Shown: one piece after another, positions 26,881 to 37,087 of the stretch
How the letters are laid out: every line of letters begins with the position of its first letter
Numbering within the stretch: position 1 is the first letter of the stretch
IMG/VR virus record: IMGVR_UViG_3300030106_002282
Span: 1 to 59,683 of that record
Reading direction: 5' to 3' (one strand)
Length of the DNA stretch: 59,683 bases
From: a virus
Lineage: Duplodnaviria > Caudoviricetes
Made by a program: the position numbers and the translations under genes
The notes under the pieces: generated by a model
Seen by the model: the letters and a program-made list of their open reading frames with translations, nothing else
What the model was told of the DNA's origin: nothing
Databases searched by the model: none

Positions 26881-28875
26881 TTACCCAAAAGATTCAATTA
26901 AATTTTTATCATAGCTAGCTTGTGTTTGCACATCTATGCCTTGTAATTCTAAAGCTCTTTGATTAAGAATTTGTAGTTGCAATCCAAGTGATGTTGCTGT
27001 TTCTATATCATTATTTTCTAAAGCTGCTTCTTGTTGTTTAGTTATAGCTTCAATACTAGTAATAACTCTATCAAGTGGCATATTTTCAATTTCTGCCTGA
27101 GCTTTAGCTGCACTAGCTGCATAATAAGATTGTTGTGCTTCATCAGCTTTAGCTGCTTGTTTAGCAGTTACAAAACCAGATAAACCTTGACCTAATTCAG
27201 ATATATTACGAGACCCCATAATTGTGCCACCTAAATTTATTAAATCTAAAGCTTGGTCATCTAAACCTTTACGTTTTGTTTTTGTTTCTGCCATAGCTGC
27301 ATCGTATTGTAGACGTAAAAGTTCTTTTTCTTCTGGGGTAAGCTCTCTTTCTTGAGGTAAAGTTTCAGTAGTAGCACTATTTTCTCCAGAAGCTCCACCT
27401 ATCATTGCTAATGGCACACCTGACAAAGCTGCAGTACCTAAAACTCTGTTGTAATTAAGTTTTCTACCAGCATCTAAACCTTTAGATAAAGCTTCACCAG
27501 TTAATCTACCTTTTGCATCAACTAAACCTAACTGTTGAGCAGCTGAACCTTGAGTATTTCTTGGGTCTAATATTCTAGGTCCTCCCTCTGTTCTAGAACG
27601 TACTCTAGGTGCATAAAAATCTTTTATTTTTTTACCGCTTTTAGATAATAAACCTTGTTTTTGTAATGCTTTTCTTTCAGCAAGTTTTCTTAAACCAGCT
27701 CTACCTAAAACAAATGCTCCTCTACCTAAACCTCCAAGTATACCTGCACCTGGTATAAGCAATGAAGCATCAAGTAAAGCTGTGCCAACATTAAATCTAC
27801 CATCATCTCCATAGTATCTATCCTGTACAAAACCTGTTAAACCACCTTTTTGTTTTCCTTGTATTAATGAAAGCATTTCAGAAGGTTTTCTTTTTTCTCC
27901 ATAAAACTGTGATGTATTTATTATGTTTTCGCCTTCTTTTACTTGGAATGGAGCCAACATATCGTATTTTCTATATAAACTACTTATTTGTAAATCTACA
28001 TATTCTGGAGGTAAATTTTTATCTACAGCATTTTTTCTTATGTTAGCAAGTTCTTGTTTGAATTTTTCTGACTTTAACCTTCTATTTGCAAAAGCTTCAT
28101 CTCTTTCATCAAAAAAGTATTTCCTCTTTCTTTGTCTATCCTCTCTAATCTCATCAAACATATCTTGTCTTTCTTTTATTTTTTGAGTTCGCCTTGCATC
28201 TAATTTTTCAAATTGGTCTGTATCAGTAATATTTGCTTTAGCTTCATTTGCAAAAGGATTAAACATAATATTTCCTGCGTCAACCAATCCTTCTAACATA
28301 ACTTCGGGTAAAGTGCCTGTTTGTTTTTTACCTTTTCTTATTACTCCTTCTGGCTCACCCTTAACATTCATTAGATATTCATAAGCTGTGCCTCCTGCAA
28401 ATTCAGGCTTCTTGTATTTGTATTCATTTGGACTTATAAAAAGTTCACCTTTTTCCATAGCTTCAATGTAGGCTGGATTAGCATAATACCCACCAGGTAC
28501 TACATAAGTAGGAGTAAATTTAGTTTTATTTCCTTCAGCATAACCTGTTAAACCACCACTAGCTGCTGTCTGCATTAATACTGGAGCAGGCATATCTTTT
28601 GACTCTTGGGAGAATCTATCAGTTGGAGCTGATACTGTCATAGATGATATACCTGCATTGGGATTTGTCATAGTAAATTCATTTACCACTTCTTCTGCCA
28701 CTGTAGTTTTGGGTCTTGGTTGTGCTGCTGCATACATTTTTTCCATCTGTGTACGTCTTTGTATTTCAGCTAATACTAAATAAGGAGGATACATAGAATT
28801 AGGGTCCTGTGCCATTTGAGCTAATTTGTCTTTTGGCAAATATTCTAATTCATTTGATAATTGTACTAGATTCAT
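26881..28875 (-). CDS. Internal virion/ejection protein
   Basis: 664 aa, Gly/Ala-rich hydrophobic segments, position among ejection genes. Confidence 0.6.
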   Translation of the reverse strand: MNLVQLSNELEYLPKDKLAQMAQDPNSMYPPYLVLAEIQRRTQMEKMYAAAQPRPKTTVAEEVVNEFTMTNPNAGISSMTVSAPTDRFSQESKDMPAPVLMQTAASGGLTGYAEGNKTKFTPTYVVPGGYYANPAYIEAMEKGELFISPNEYKYKKPEFAGGTAYEYLMNVKGEPEGVIRKGKKQTGTLPEVMLEGLVDAGNIMFNPFANEAKANITDTDQFEKLDARRTQKIKERQDMFDEIREDRQRKRKYFFDERDEAFANRRLKSEKFKQELANIRKNAVDKNLPPEYVDLQISSLYRKYDMLAPFQVKEGENIINTSQFYGEKRKPSEMLSLIQGKQKGGLTGFVQDRYYGDDGRFNVGTALLDASLLIPGAGILGGLGRGAFVLGRAGLRKLAERKALQKQGLLSKSGKKIKDFYAPRVRSRTEGGPRILDPRNTQGSAAQQLGLVDAKGRLTGEALSKGLDAGRKLNYNRVLGTAALSGVPLAMIGGASGENSATTETLPQERELTPEEKELLRLQYDAAMAETKTKRKGLDDQALDLINLGGTIMGSRNISELGQGLSGFVTAKQAAKADEAQQSYYAASAAKAQAEIENMPLDRVITSIEAITKQQEAALENNDIETATSLGLQLQILNQRALELQGIDVQTQASYDKNLIESFG

Positions 28876-28877
28876 AA

Positions 28878-29984
28878 TTATCCTCCATAACCTCTATATA
28901 AACCTAAGCCTGTTAGACCTGCACCTATTGCAGTTTGAAACAAACCTGGTTGCTGTTGAAAAGTGCTTACAGTTTGTTCTGGTCGAACTGGGACACCTCT
29001 TAATAAACCACTTAAATCTCCTAACTGGCTTGTTGCATAATTTTGTTGTCTTAAAAAATCTTGATAACCCATATCTAAACCAGCTTGTTGTAATGCTCTT
29101 TGTTGCGAGCCTATGCCTTGTAAAGCATTTATTCTAGCTAAAGCATCTTCTTGTGTAGCTTGACCTATATCTTGTAAACCTTGAGCTGCTTGCAGATTAT
29201 AACGACTAGACAAATCATAAGCAGATTGACCAAACTTTTCTTGTTGTTGACGAGCTGCTTCATTCTGTCTTGCAGCAGTTAAACCTAATTGAGCTTCTCT
29301 TTGTCTTGCTAATTCTTGTTGTTGAAATCTTTTTAAATCTAATTGTGAAGCACCAAGACCTGCAGCTCTTTCTCTAGCAAGTTGTTGTTGTGCTGACTCA
29401 AAAGCTCTTTGTGACCCTAAAGCTTGTATATCGCCTAACTGTTGCCCTAAATTACGTTGACGTTCTGCTTGTAAAATTGCTTCTCGATAACCACCTAAAC
29501 TACCAGCAGATGTGGCTTGGTCTTGTATACCTTTGCCCATAATGTCAGAGGCTCTAGTAGCTTCTCTTTTTTGAATATCAATTACATTTTGTTGATAAGG
29601 AGACATGAATCTACTTATATTTTGTTCATAATCAATAGGCATATATGATGGACTAGCCATACCTGCTTGATAATTAGGTTGTGTAGTTTCTGCTGTATAA
29701 CCAGAACCTATTGTGCCTTGCATACCATATCTATCAGCAGCATCAGTAAACTGTTGCGGTGTACCTGATTGAGCAAAGCCTCTAGTCATAGCCTGTGAAG
29801 TCAATTCATCAGGAGAAAAATAAGCTAGCCTTTGACCGCCATAAGGGTCATAGCCTTGTAAACTTTCTGCTTCACCTCTTTGTAAAAGTCTTTTAAAATA
29901 AGGTTCTACATATTCTGGTAAATCAGTTTGCGTAACTGTAGTTTCTGTAGGTGCTGAACTACCTCCGCCTTTATATCTTCTCAT
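28878..29984 (-). CDS. Internal virion/DNA transfer protein
   Basis: KGGGSS..TT N-terminus, Gln/Ala-rich helices, C-terminal GAGLTGLG. Confidence 0.65.
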   Translation of the reverse strand: MRRYKGGGSSAPTETTVTQTDLPEYVEPYFKRLLQRGEAESLQGYDPYGGQRLAYFSPDELTSQAMTRGFAQSGTPQQFTDAADRYGMQGTIGSGYTAETTQPNYQAGMASPSYMPIDYEQNISRFMSPYQQNVIDIQKREATRASDIMGKGIQDQATSAGSLGGYREAILQAERQRNLGQQLGDIQALGSQRAFESAQQQLARERAAGLGASQLDLKRFQQQELARQREAQLGLTAARQNEAARQQQEKFGQSAYDLSSRYNLQAAQGLQDIGQATQEDALARINALQGIGSQQRALQQAGLDMGYQDFLRQQNYATSQLGDLSGLLRGVPVRPEQTVSTFQQQPGLFQTAIGAGLTGLGLYRGYGG

Positions 29985-30454
29985 ACGTCATCCTCAAAAT
30001 TATATTCATAAAATGTAGCTGGTTTTTTCCAACCTTTTTTATTTTTGACCCAATTCCATTGTCCATGTCTGCCCATACCCTCCAAACCATCGCAACCAGT
30101 TTCTTTGGCATATTTTGTAATTACATCTAAACCTTTTTCTATCCAATCTTGCATTTTTTTTCCTGATGTATGTTCTAGATTTAACATTTTTTTACCAGTT
30201 GGATAAAAGTTAAATATTGTTATTTGTATACCAATAATTTCAAAACTACCTGTATCAAAGATTATCCAAAGTTGTGAATCGTTATTTAATAAATCATTTA
30301 AAACATCTTGCGGTCTAGTTCTGCCACCAGAACGATTAGCTGATTTTTGTATTAACTTTTCAACACCATCCCAAATTAAAATTACTTGATTTTGCGGAAC
30401 AAGAGAAATTTCATATTCTTCAGTTGCTTCTTCTTTTAATAATGATTGATTCAT
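29981..30454 (-). CDS. GNAT-like morphogenesis-cluster protein
   Basis: YAKETGCDGLEGMGR..W pattern; typical position before ejection genes. Confidence 0.55.
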   Translation of the reverse strand: MNQSLLKEEATEEYEISLVPQNQVILIWDGVEKLIQKSANRSGGRTRPQDVLNDLLNNDSQLWIIFDTGSFEIIGIQITIFNFYPTGKKMLNLEHTSGKKMQDWIEKGLDVITKYAKETGCDGLEGMGRHGQWNWVKNKKGWKKPATFYEYNFEDDV

Positions 30455-33400
30455 GCAGGTAATACTTTTTGTGTGTTTATCATAGGTGCTTGTTTTGTTT
30501 TACCTGTTTTTTCATTTCTAACTCTATCCATCATTTCGTATAATTTTTTTGAACCAGCATCAGAACTGCCATCACCCAACATAGATACTACATCTGCAGG
30601 TACAATAAATTCATCTTGTGATACAGCTATTTTTTCTTTATTACCAATCATGCCTCTAAGGTCATCATCCATACCGCCATTACCCATGCCTTCTATAAGA
30701 CCTTCCGTTTGTGCACCTGGCACAATACTTTCTAAAATTTGTTGTCTTAGTTTCATAAATTCTTCATTGCCATATTTAGCTATATAGGCATTTAAAGCTT
30801 CATTGTTATCAGACTCGCCTAATATAAATTTAGTAACTTCAGTAATTAATGGGTCTATTCCTGTATCTCCACCTTCTTGCATATAACCCATTTCATTTCT
30901 GACACTTTCAGGTAATTTAGGCAGACCTTTATTATCAGCTGGTACAGGTTTCAAATCACCTCCACTAGAATAACTTTCTGGTGCAAAACCATCTAGAGGA
31001 ATAGTACCTAGCATATTAGAATATTGTATAGGTGCTGATTCAAAAATTTGTGGAATAGCTGTTGTTGTATCTCTATAGTCATCATAAGCTTCATTAAAAT
31101 CTGATTCATATTCTGTTCTTAATCTTGCTCCTACAGCTTTACCACCTCTAGGTGGTTCAGGATTATCTTTCACATATTGTGCTCTAAAATCATCTTTACT
31201 TAAAAATTCTGTAGGCGTAGGACTAGTAGGAAGATTATTTGTATTAGACATTATAGATGGCTGAGGTTGATTCATAGCCATTGGTATAGGTGCTTCATTA
31301 AACTGTAAACCTTCAGGAGCTGTGCCTGTATAAGCTTGAAAAGGGTCGATAACAGTTTGTGGTGCTATAGAAGCTTGTCTCCCGCCAAAACCACCTTTAG
31401 AACCTGTATAAGTATCTGTAATCATGGGGGGAACTAAACCTGCTTGCGATAAACTAGATGCTGGTGCACTTATAGTTGATGGATTGAAATACATTGTTTC
31501 TGGCGAAAATCCTGGCATAAAATTAGGATTAACTTGATAAGGTGTTCTATCAGGTGCAAAAATTTGTGGTAGTTCAGTATAATCACCTTCTTCTGGATAA
31601 CTAATATTACCGCCTTCTTGAAACTGTGTTAACCCACCAGCTGCACTATAAAGAATTGGCTCAGGAGTATTTCTAAACATTTCTGCTCTACCTTCTCGTC
31701 TAGCTCTTTCTGCATCTGCTAATTGTTCTTCAAACAATTCTTGTGAATCCATTATAGATGTACTACCCATACCTATACCTGCAGGTATGTATGCTCCTGG
31801 CTTCATTAATCCTGATGCAAGGTTGCCTACACCTTCTTTAAATCCTCCTGAAAAAGCATCTTTACCAGATTGTAATATACTGTCAGGAGGGTTAGCTAAA
31901 TAATCTGCTGAACCAATAACATCTTGAAAACCTGAAGTTCCTGCTTGATTTATAGCAGGTTGTAAAGCATTTGCTGTTTGACTAGACTGTAAAGCAACTT
32001 GGTCTACACCAGCTGGATTTAATAAATTTGTTGGGTCACCTGGATAAGCACCAGTAGCTAAACCTTCAGGTAATGCAACTCCTGCTTTAGTTAAACTTGG
32101 GTCAGCTAATGCTGTTGTTAAAGCATCAGTATTAGCAAGATTTGTAGCAGCATCTGTAGCTGCTTGTGTTGCTTGTGTTGCTTGTGCTGCAGCTCCTGCA
32201 CCTTGTAGTGCTGTTCCTATGCCATATCCTGTTAAACCAGCTAATAAACCTTTTTTTAAATCGCCTGTTACAGCGTATTGTGCTAAACCTGAACCCAAAG
32301 CAGAGGCTCCTAATGCTCCTAAAGCTGTACCACCTAATAGACTACCACCTATTAATGAACCTGCTATAGGTGCTAAAGCTAAAGGTAAAAAAGCTTCTGG
32401 CTGTCCTGTTTCTGGATTTATTGTCAAAGGCACTTGTTGTGCCATGGCATTTACTTCTATAGGATTAACGTGCATCAACATAGAATCGCCATAACGACCT
32501 TTTGAGGCTATATTTTTTACTTGTTTTTGTACTTCATTCATACTTCCACCTTGATTAAAATTGTGTATCTGACCACCACTTGCTAAAGCAATGTTGAATT
32601 TACCACCTTCCCCTGTGCCTTCTTGAGGTCCGTAATAACCCATATAATTTCTTAATTGACTGTAAGGATTCAATCCATAACTTGGGATGCTACTATAATA
32701 ATCAACTAATTTTCCTAAACCTGTTGCTTGTGTTTTAGATGGAAAATCAAAAACATCTCTTACAACATACCCACCATCATCTTGAGGAATTACTGTAGCT
32801 TGTCCTAAAACTGTTTTTAAATTATATCTTGGGTCTTGTATTTTTTTAGCCAAACCAAAAAGACTCATAGGACCACCTACATCAGCATATTGTGCTCCTT
32901 GTGCAGTAGTTTCATAATCTTTATATTCTATGACATTAGGATTTATACCTGTTGCAATTTTTTCAGCTATTCTTTCAGGACTTTGACTATAAGCAATTAC
33001 TTCTTTTAAGGCAGTTTTTTCTGCTGTTGATAAATCTGCTTCGGTTCTATCTTGTTCAGGATTAAAAAATTGTCTTACATTTATAGGTAATAAACTTTCA
33101 GAGTCTTTAGACTTTCTGCTTGTTGACCTATCTTTAGCAGGTGCTATTGTTCCTGTGTCTATAGTAGTTGAGTCATCAATTACTCTGCTATCTTTAGTTC
33201 TAGGCTTACCTTTTTTTACAATATTTTTTCTTTTAAAATAATCTAATATTTTTGGGTGTAATTTATAAGGGTCATTAGGGTCAGACAAAGCTGCTAATCC
33301 AATACCAAAACCAGGCTCTGCATCTATTGTTGCTCTAGGTGATTTTACATCTTTATTAACTTGTTCTTTATTTGGAGTTATATCAAAAGTTGTTTTAGTC

Positions 33401-33555
33401 TTAGGAAGTTTTAAAGTATCTCCTGCTTTAATAAAATCTACATCTTTAATATTATTTAATTTGGCTAATTCTGAAACAGAAGTATCAAACATTTGAGCTA
33501 TTTCGCTCAAAGTATCTCCTTTTCTAATTTTTATTTCTGTAGGCATAAATGGCAT
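30451..33555 (-). CDS. LysM-domain internal virion protein with xxxGG repeats
   Basis: N-terminal IRKGDTLSEIA..ELAKLNNI..IKAGDTLKLP LysM; GRYGDSMLMHV..INPETGQPEAF; C-terminal EFIVPADVVS.LGDGSS. Confidence 0.75.
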   Translation of the reverse strand: MPFMPTEIKIRKGDTLSEIAQMFDTSVSELAKLNNIKDVDFIKAGDTLKLPKTKTTFDITPNKEQVNKDVKSPRATIDAEPGFGIGLAALSDPNDPYKLHPKILDYFKRKNIVKKGKPRTKDSRVIDDSTTIDTGTIAPAKDRSTSRKSKDSESLLPINVRQFFNPEQDRTEADLSTAEKTALKEVIAYSQSPERIAEKIATGINPNVIEYKDYETTAQGAQYADVGGPMSLFGLAKKIQDPRYNLKTVLGQATVIPQDDGGYVVRDVFDFPSKTQATGLGKLVDYYSSIPSYGLNPYSQLRNYMGYYGPQEGTGEGGKFNIALASGGQIHNFNQGGSMNEVQKQVKNIASKGRYGDSMLMHVNPIEVNAMAQQVPLTINPETGQPEAFLPLALAPIAGSLIGGSLLGGTALGALGASALGSGLAQYAVTGDLKKGLLAGLTGYGIGTALQGAGAAAQATQATQAATDAATNLANTDALTTALADPSLTKAGVALPEGLATGAYPGDPTNLLNPAGVDQVALQSSQTANALQPAINQAGTSGFQDVIGSADYLANPPDSILQSGKDAFSGGFKEGVGNLASGLMKPGAYIPAGIGMGSTSIMDSQELFEEQLADAERARREGRAEMFRNTPEPILYSAAGGLTQFQEGGNISYPEEGDYTELPQIFAPDRTPYQVNPNFMPGFSPETMYFNPSTISAPASSLSQAGLVPPMITDTYTGSKGGFGGRQASIAPQTVIDPFQAYTGTAPEGLQFNEAPIPMAMNQPQPSIMSNTNNLPTSPTPTEFLSKDDFRAQYVKDNPEPPRGGKAVGARLRTEYESDFNEAYDDYRDTTTAIPQIFESAPIQYSNMLGTIPLDGFAPESYSSGGDLKPVPADNKGLPKLPESVRNEMGYMQEGGDTGIDPLITEVTKFILGESDNNEALNAYIAKYGNEEFMKLRQQILESIVPGAQTEGLIEGMGNGGMDDDLRGMIGNKEKIAVSQDEFIVPADVVSMLGDGSSDAGSKKLYEMMDRVRNEKTGKTKQAPMINTQKVLPA

Positions 33556-33893
33556 TATCTTTCCTCTTTAGTTTCGCAGCCAAATACATTAAAACTCATA
33601 TCAACTGCACTGGTATAAACTTTTAATACATCTGTTTGATTTAATGTAATCCCTAACACTATGGCAAATGAATCGTTAGCTGCTACTGATTTGTCATAAA
33701 AAATAAATTGTTTATCATCTGCACCTGCACCACCTACATGAACACTTAGTCTAAATGTTATTGCAGAACCTGTTCTATTGGCTGCAACTATTGAACTGAC
33801 TGTAGTTTGAGTCATATCTGGCACAGTATATAAAACTGTTGTGGTAGTAGCTGCTGGGTCTAATTGACCTAATACTTTTAAATCATCAGCCAT
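33555..33893 (-). CDS. Small structural protein
   Basis: Beta-rich LYTVP..N motif; tail cluster. Confidence 0.65.
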   Translation of the reverse strand: MADDLKVLGQLDPAATTTTVLYTVPDMTQTTVSSIVAANRTGSAITFRLSVHVGGAGADDKQFIFYDKSVAANDSFAIVLGITLNQTDVLKVYTSAVDMSFNVFGCETKEER

Positions 33894-34089
33894 GTTTCAT
33901 ACCCATTAATAAAAACTGGTGTTTTTTAGATGCTTTACTAGTCACTGGTGACTGCATTTTTTGTACAGTTATTATTTTATTATTTAAATCAGCAATTGCC
34001 TGTTCTAAAACTCTTCTAGTAATTGCCTCATTATCTGTGTCGTATTCTCTAGTTGGTAAAGGTAGAGCTATAGTTTTTATATCAGCCAT
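33886..34089 (-). CDS. Small structural protein
   Basis: LPLP..EY motif following the tail nozzle gene. Confidence 0.6.
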   Translation of the reverse strand: MADIKTIALPLPTREYDTDNEAITRRVLEQAIADLNNKIITVQKMQSPVTSKASKKHQFLLMGMKHG

Positions 34090-35954
34090 TAGCGTTTTCC
34101 ATCAGGTCTTATTTCTAATCTTAAATCTCCAAGTCGCCAACCAAAGTCGTTTGAACTATTTGATATTCTCAATGCTGCTTGCCTACTTCTAGTTCTTGTA
34201 TTTGCAAAAGTAGAACTTGGAGTTACATCAACAGTTTGTAAAGTTCCTAAACTTTCTAAAGGATAGTTTCTGCCTTTTATTGTAAAAGTAACTGTATCCG
34301 CAGTTGATTGTTGGTCTCTAAATTCTATATCTGGTATTAATTTTGAAATAAAAGTAAATTTTTCGCCATCTGGTGTAAGGTCAAAATCACTAGATTCTAT
34401 GAAAGCAGAAAAATTATTACCATCATTACCATGTCCACTTTCGTGATTATATAAATAATTTAAATTAGTAGTATCATTTTTACTAGCTGCTAAAGGTAAA
34501 TTTAATGTTGGTGCATCATGCCAAGCAGTTCTAACAAAATCATCTGCAGTTGTACCTATAGACCAAACACCTTCTAAATAGTTATATAAAACATATCGGT
34601 CTATTTCTGTACTAGAACTAGAAGGATAAAACCATATAATTTCATTTACATTTTCATTTGAACCTGCAAAAATTTTATACGCTTGGGTTAAGTTTATATC
34701 CGATAAAACATAATCTAACACTGTACAAGGCAATCTTTCTGCAGTTCCAGAGTAAACATAAAAACCATTTCGGTCCATAAAAAATACTCTGTTGTTGGCA
34801 TTAACCATAGCATTAGGTGATATTATAGATGGACCTGTTGCAACTTCAGTGAAAGAAAAAACAAAAGGTTCACCAACAAAACGCATTGAAACAATACCTG
34901 CATCTGTCCAAATAATTATTTCTTGTCTTGTTCTGAGAGCACCAATAATTGTTGAGCCTAAAGATAATTGAACTCCACCCGCTTGATTTGTTGCTGTAGG
35001 TGTCCAGTCAGCTGCGTTTTCAGTATCAGAAAATCTTACTAATAAGGGGTCAATTGTGCTTGAACCTATTGGGTTACAACCAAAAGCTATAACGTGCTTA
35101 TCTATATCTGACATCATTATTTGTAATACAGCTGTTGGCACATTACTAGCACCACTCAAACTTGTTACATTAACTGCTCTATTACTTGTACCAGAAGATT
35201 CATCCCAATAGTAAACTCCACCAGCTCTTACTGCAGCTATTGTGTCATCACCAAAATTATCTATTGACCACAAACGCAATTGATTTATAGATGATAAATC
35301 AGATGATGAGCCAAAAGTACCAGCACCCCAAGTATCTATACCCCAACCTGTGCTAGGCACATATACATCTAAACCTGTATTAATTTGATAAGACCCATCT
35401 ACTCCAGAACCACCATTACCACTATCACTAGAATTAGCTGTAACTTCGCTACCTGAAGTATCTTTAGCTGTAAAAGTATAGGTATTTGTACCTGTTACAG
35501 TATCTATTTGATATTCTTGATTTAAAACAGCTGCAGTTATAAGTCCACCTAAAGAAACTGCACCAGATAAAGTTACAAAGTCTCCATTGACTGCACCATG
35601 ATTTGAGTCAGTTGCTGTTATTGTGCTTGAGCCATTAGTTGCAGCAAAAGTTATACTATTCGTACTAGTTTTTCTTATAGGGGTAACATCATGCATAACA
35701 TTACCTTCTTTAACATAAAGTTTTTGATGTGTGCCTAAAATTGTGTAATTAGAACCACTTGATGCTTTATAATTGTATAGCTTTCTACAAGTGCCTATAA
35801 AACTATTTATTGTATTTTTAACCCAACCGCCTATACGTTCAGGTCTGCCTTTTCTAAATCTAACTTTATCAGCATCAAACCAGCCACCTTCATTACTATA
35901 ATTAGTACCTTCTTTATTTATACCTGGTTTGAAAACATATTTAGCTAATGGCAT
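34089..35954 (-). CDS. Podovirus tail nozzle/stabilization protein (P22 gp10-like)
   Basis: 621 aa, beta-propeller-like; FKPGI, VRF..GRPERIGGW, VRFSD.E..W.P..TNQAG, WFYP. Confidence 0.7.
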   Translation of the reverse strand: MPLAKYVFKPGINKEGTNYSNEGGWFDADKVRFRKGRPERIGGWVKNTINSFIGTCRKLYNYKASSGSNYTILGTHQKLYVKEGNVMHDVTPIRKTSTNSITFAATNGSSTITATDSNHGAVNGDFVTLSGAVSLGGLITAAVLNQEYQIDTVTGTNTYTFTAKDTSGSEVTANSSDSGNGGSGVDGSYQINTGLDVYVPSTGWGIDTWGAGTFGSSSDLSSINQLRLWSIDNFGDDTIAAVRAGGVYYWDESSGTSNRAVNVTSLSGASNVPTAVLQIMMSDIDKHVIAFGCNPIGSSTIDPLLVRFSDTENAADWTPTATNQAGGVQLSLGSTIIGALRTRQEIIIWTDAGIVSMRFVGEPFVFSFTEVATGPSIISPNAMVNANNRVFFMDRNGFYVYSGTAERLPCTVLDYVLSDINLTQAYKIFAGSNENVNEIIWFYPSSSSTEIDRYVLYNYLEGVWSIGTTADDFVRTAWHDAPTLNLPLAASKNDTTNLNYLYNHESGHGNDGNNFSAFIESSDFDLTPDGEKFTFISKLIPDIEFRDQQSTADTVTFTIKGRNYPLESLGTLQTVDVTPSSTFANTRTRSRQAALRISNSSNDFGWRLGDLRLEIRPDGKR

Positions 35955-35957
35955 AGA

Positions 35958-36401
35958 CTAAACCTCATGCCAATCTTGACCTTGAAATAACATAGCTTCT
36001 GCTTCTCTTCTTCTAATAAGACCATCTAAAACTTCACCGCCTGCTTTGTTCCATCTTTTTATTTCAAAAGGTACTTTTTCAAATTCTGCTTTATTCAAAC
36101 ATTTCAACATAGTAGATGAAGATAAATTAGAAGGACCTAAGTTATAAGTCCAAGCTACTAAAGCATCAAACTGACATTGAGATAAAGGCACTTCTACTAG
36201 TTTTTCTACATACTCTTCATATTCTACTAACTCTTCATTAAGCCATTCTTCAGCTTGTTCTTGTGTGCAAGTATCACCTTCTTTTACATTTTTAATTTTG
36301 CCGTAAGCTATTGTCCACCTTTCTGCAGGACATAAGTATGCTTCTAATTTACAACCTTCAAATTTTTTTATAAGAGATTTGCCTTCTTCAGATATTTTCA
36401 T
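35958..36401 (-). CDS. Endolysin, GH24 lysozyme
   Basis: IKKFEGC.L.AY.C..WTI.YG, QFDALV..YNLG, GLIRRR.AE; ATG after GGGGAG. Confidence 0.9.
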   Translation of the reverse strand: MKISEEGKSLIKKFEGCKLEAYLCPAERWTIAYGKIKNVKEGDTCTQEQAEEWLNEELVEYEEYVEKLVEVPLSQCQFDALVAWTYNLGPSNLSSSTMLKCLNKAEFEKVPFEIKRWNKAGGEVLDGLIRRREAEAMLFQGQDWHEV

Positions 36402-36402
36402 A

Positions 36403-36774
36403 TTACTCCCCTTTATTACTTGTAGTAACTTTTCTATAGTAGACCACAACTTCTTTAAGTTCATTTATATACCTCTTTAACTCTTGTGTATTGTAAGCCA
36501 TTAACTCATAGTCAGGTACAGACATAGCTAAAAACACTACTTTGCCTTGCTCTTTTTCTATAGTAGCTAAAAACTCTTCAAGGTTTTTAGTTGAAACTAC
36601 ATACCAATAAGGTTCTTTTAAATCTATTTCTCTAGGTAATATTGGTTGAACAATAGTTCTTTCTAATGGCTTGCTTATAACTTCTACTTGTTTAGTCGGT
36701 ATTAGACTGCAACTGTAGACCATCATCAAGCAAGTCAATATTACGACTGATTTCTTCAATGTTCTCAAATACAT
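36403..36774 (-). CDS. o-spanin-like lipoprotein
   Basis: Signal ending VYSC lipobox; overlaps the i-spanin end; start uncertain. Confidence 0.65.
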   Translation of the reverse strand: MYLRTLKKSVVILTCLMMVYSCSLIPTKQVEVISKPLERTIVQPILPREIDLKEPYWYVVSTKNLEEFLATIEKEQGKVVFLAMSVPDYELMAYNTQELKRYINELKEVVVYYRKVTTSNKGE

Positions 36775-37087
36775 TTTTAGTTCCTTTATTTACTCTAGGT
36801 TCAATTAAACCTGGTTTAGCAAAAGCAAGTTTGCTTAAATCATGCCTTTTAAATACGTCTAAATAGCGTTGCATTTCTGCTTCATACTGTTGAGTTTTAG
36901 ATTGTAATTCTAATAACCCTTCAGTTTGCAATTTAAAATCATTTTGCAAGCTTTCTATAGCTGCTTTTTGTTCTTTATCTCGCAGTTCAAAAGCTTGATT
37001 TATTTCAGCTAATCTAGAATTTTGCCAATACAAAAAACTACAAGCTAGTAACAATATCCCAACTACGCCTAATAATATTTTACTCAT
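36692..37087 (-). CDS. i-spanin-like protein
   Basis: N-terminal TM then coiled coil; adjacent to the lipoprotein and endolysin. Confidence 0.65.
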   Translation of the reverse strand: MSKILLGVVGILLLACSFLYWQNSRLAEINQAFELRDKEQKAAIESLQNDFKLQTEGLLELQSKTQQYEAEMQRYLDVFKRHDLSKLAFAKPGLIEPRVNKGTKNVFENIEEISRNIDLLDDGLQLQSNTD

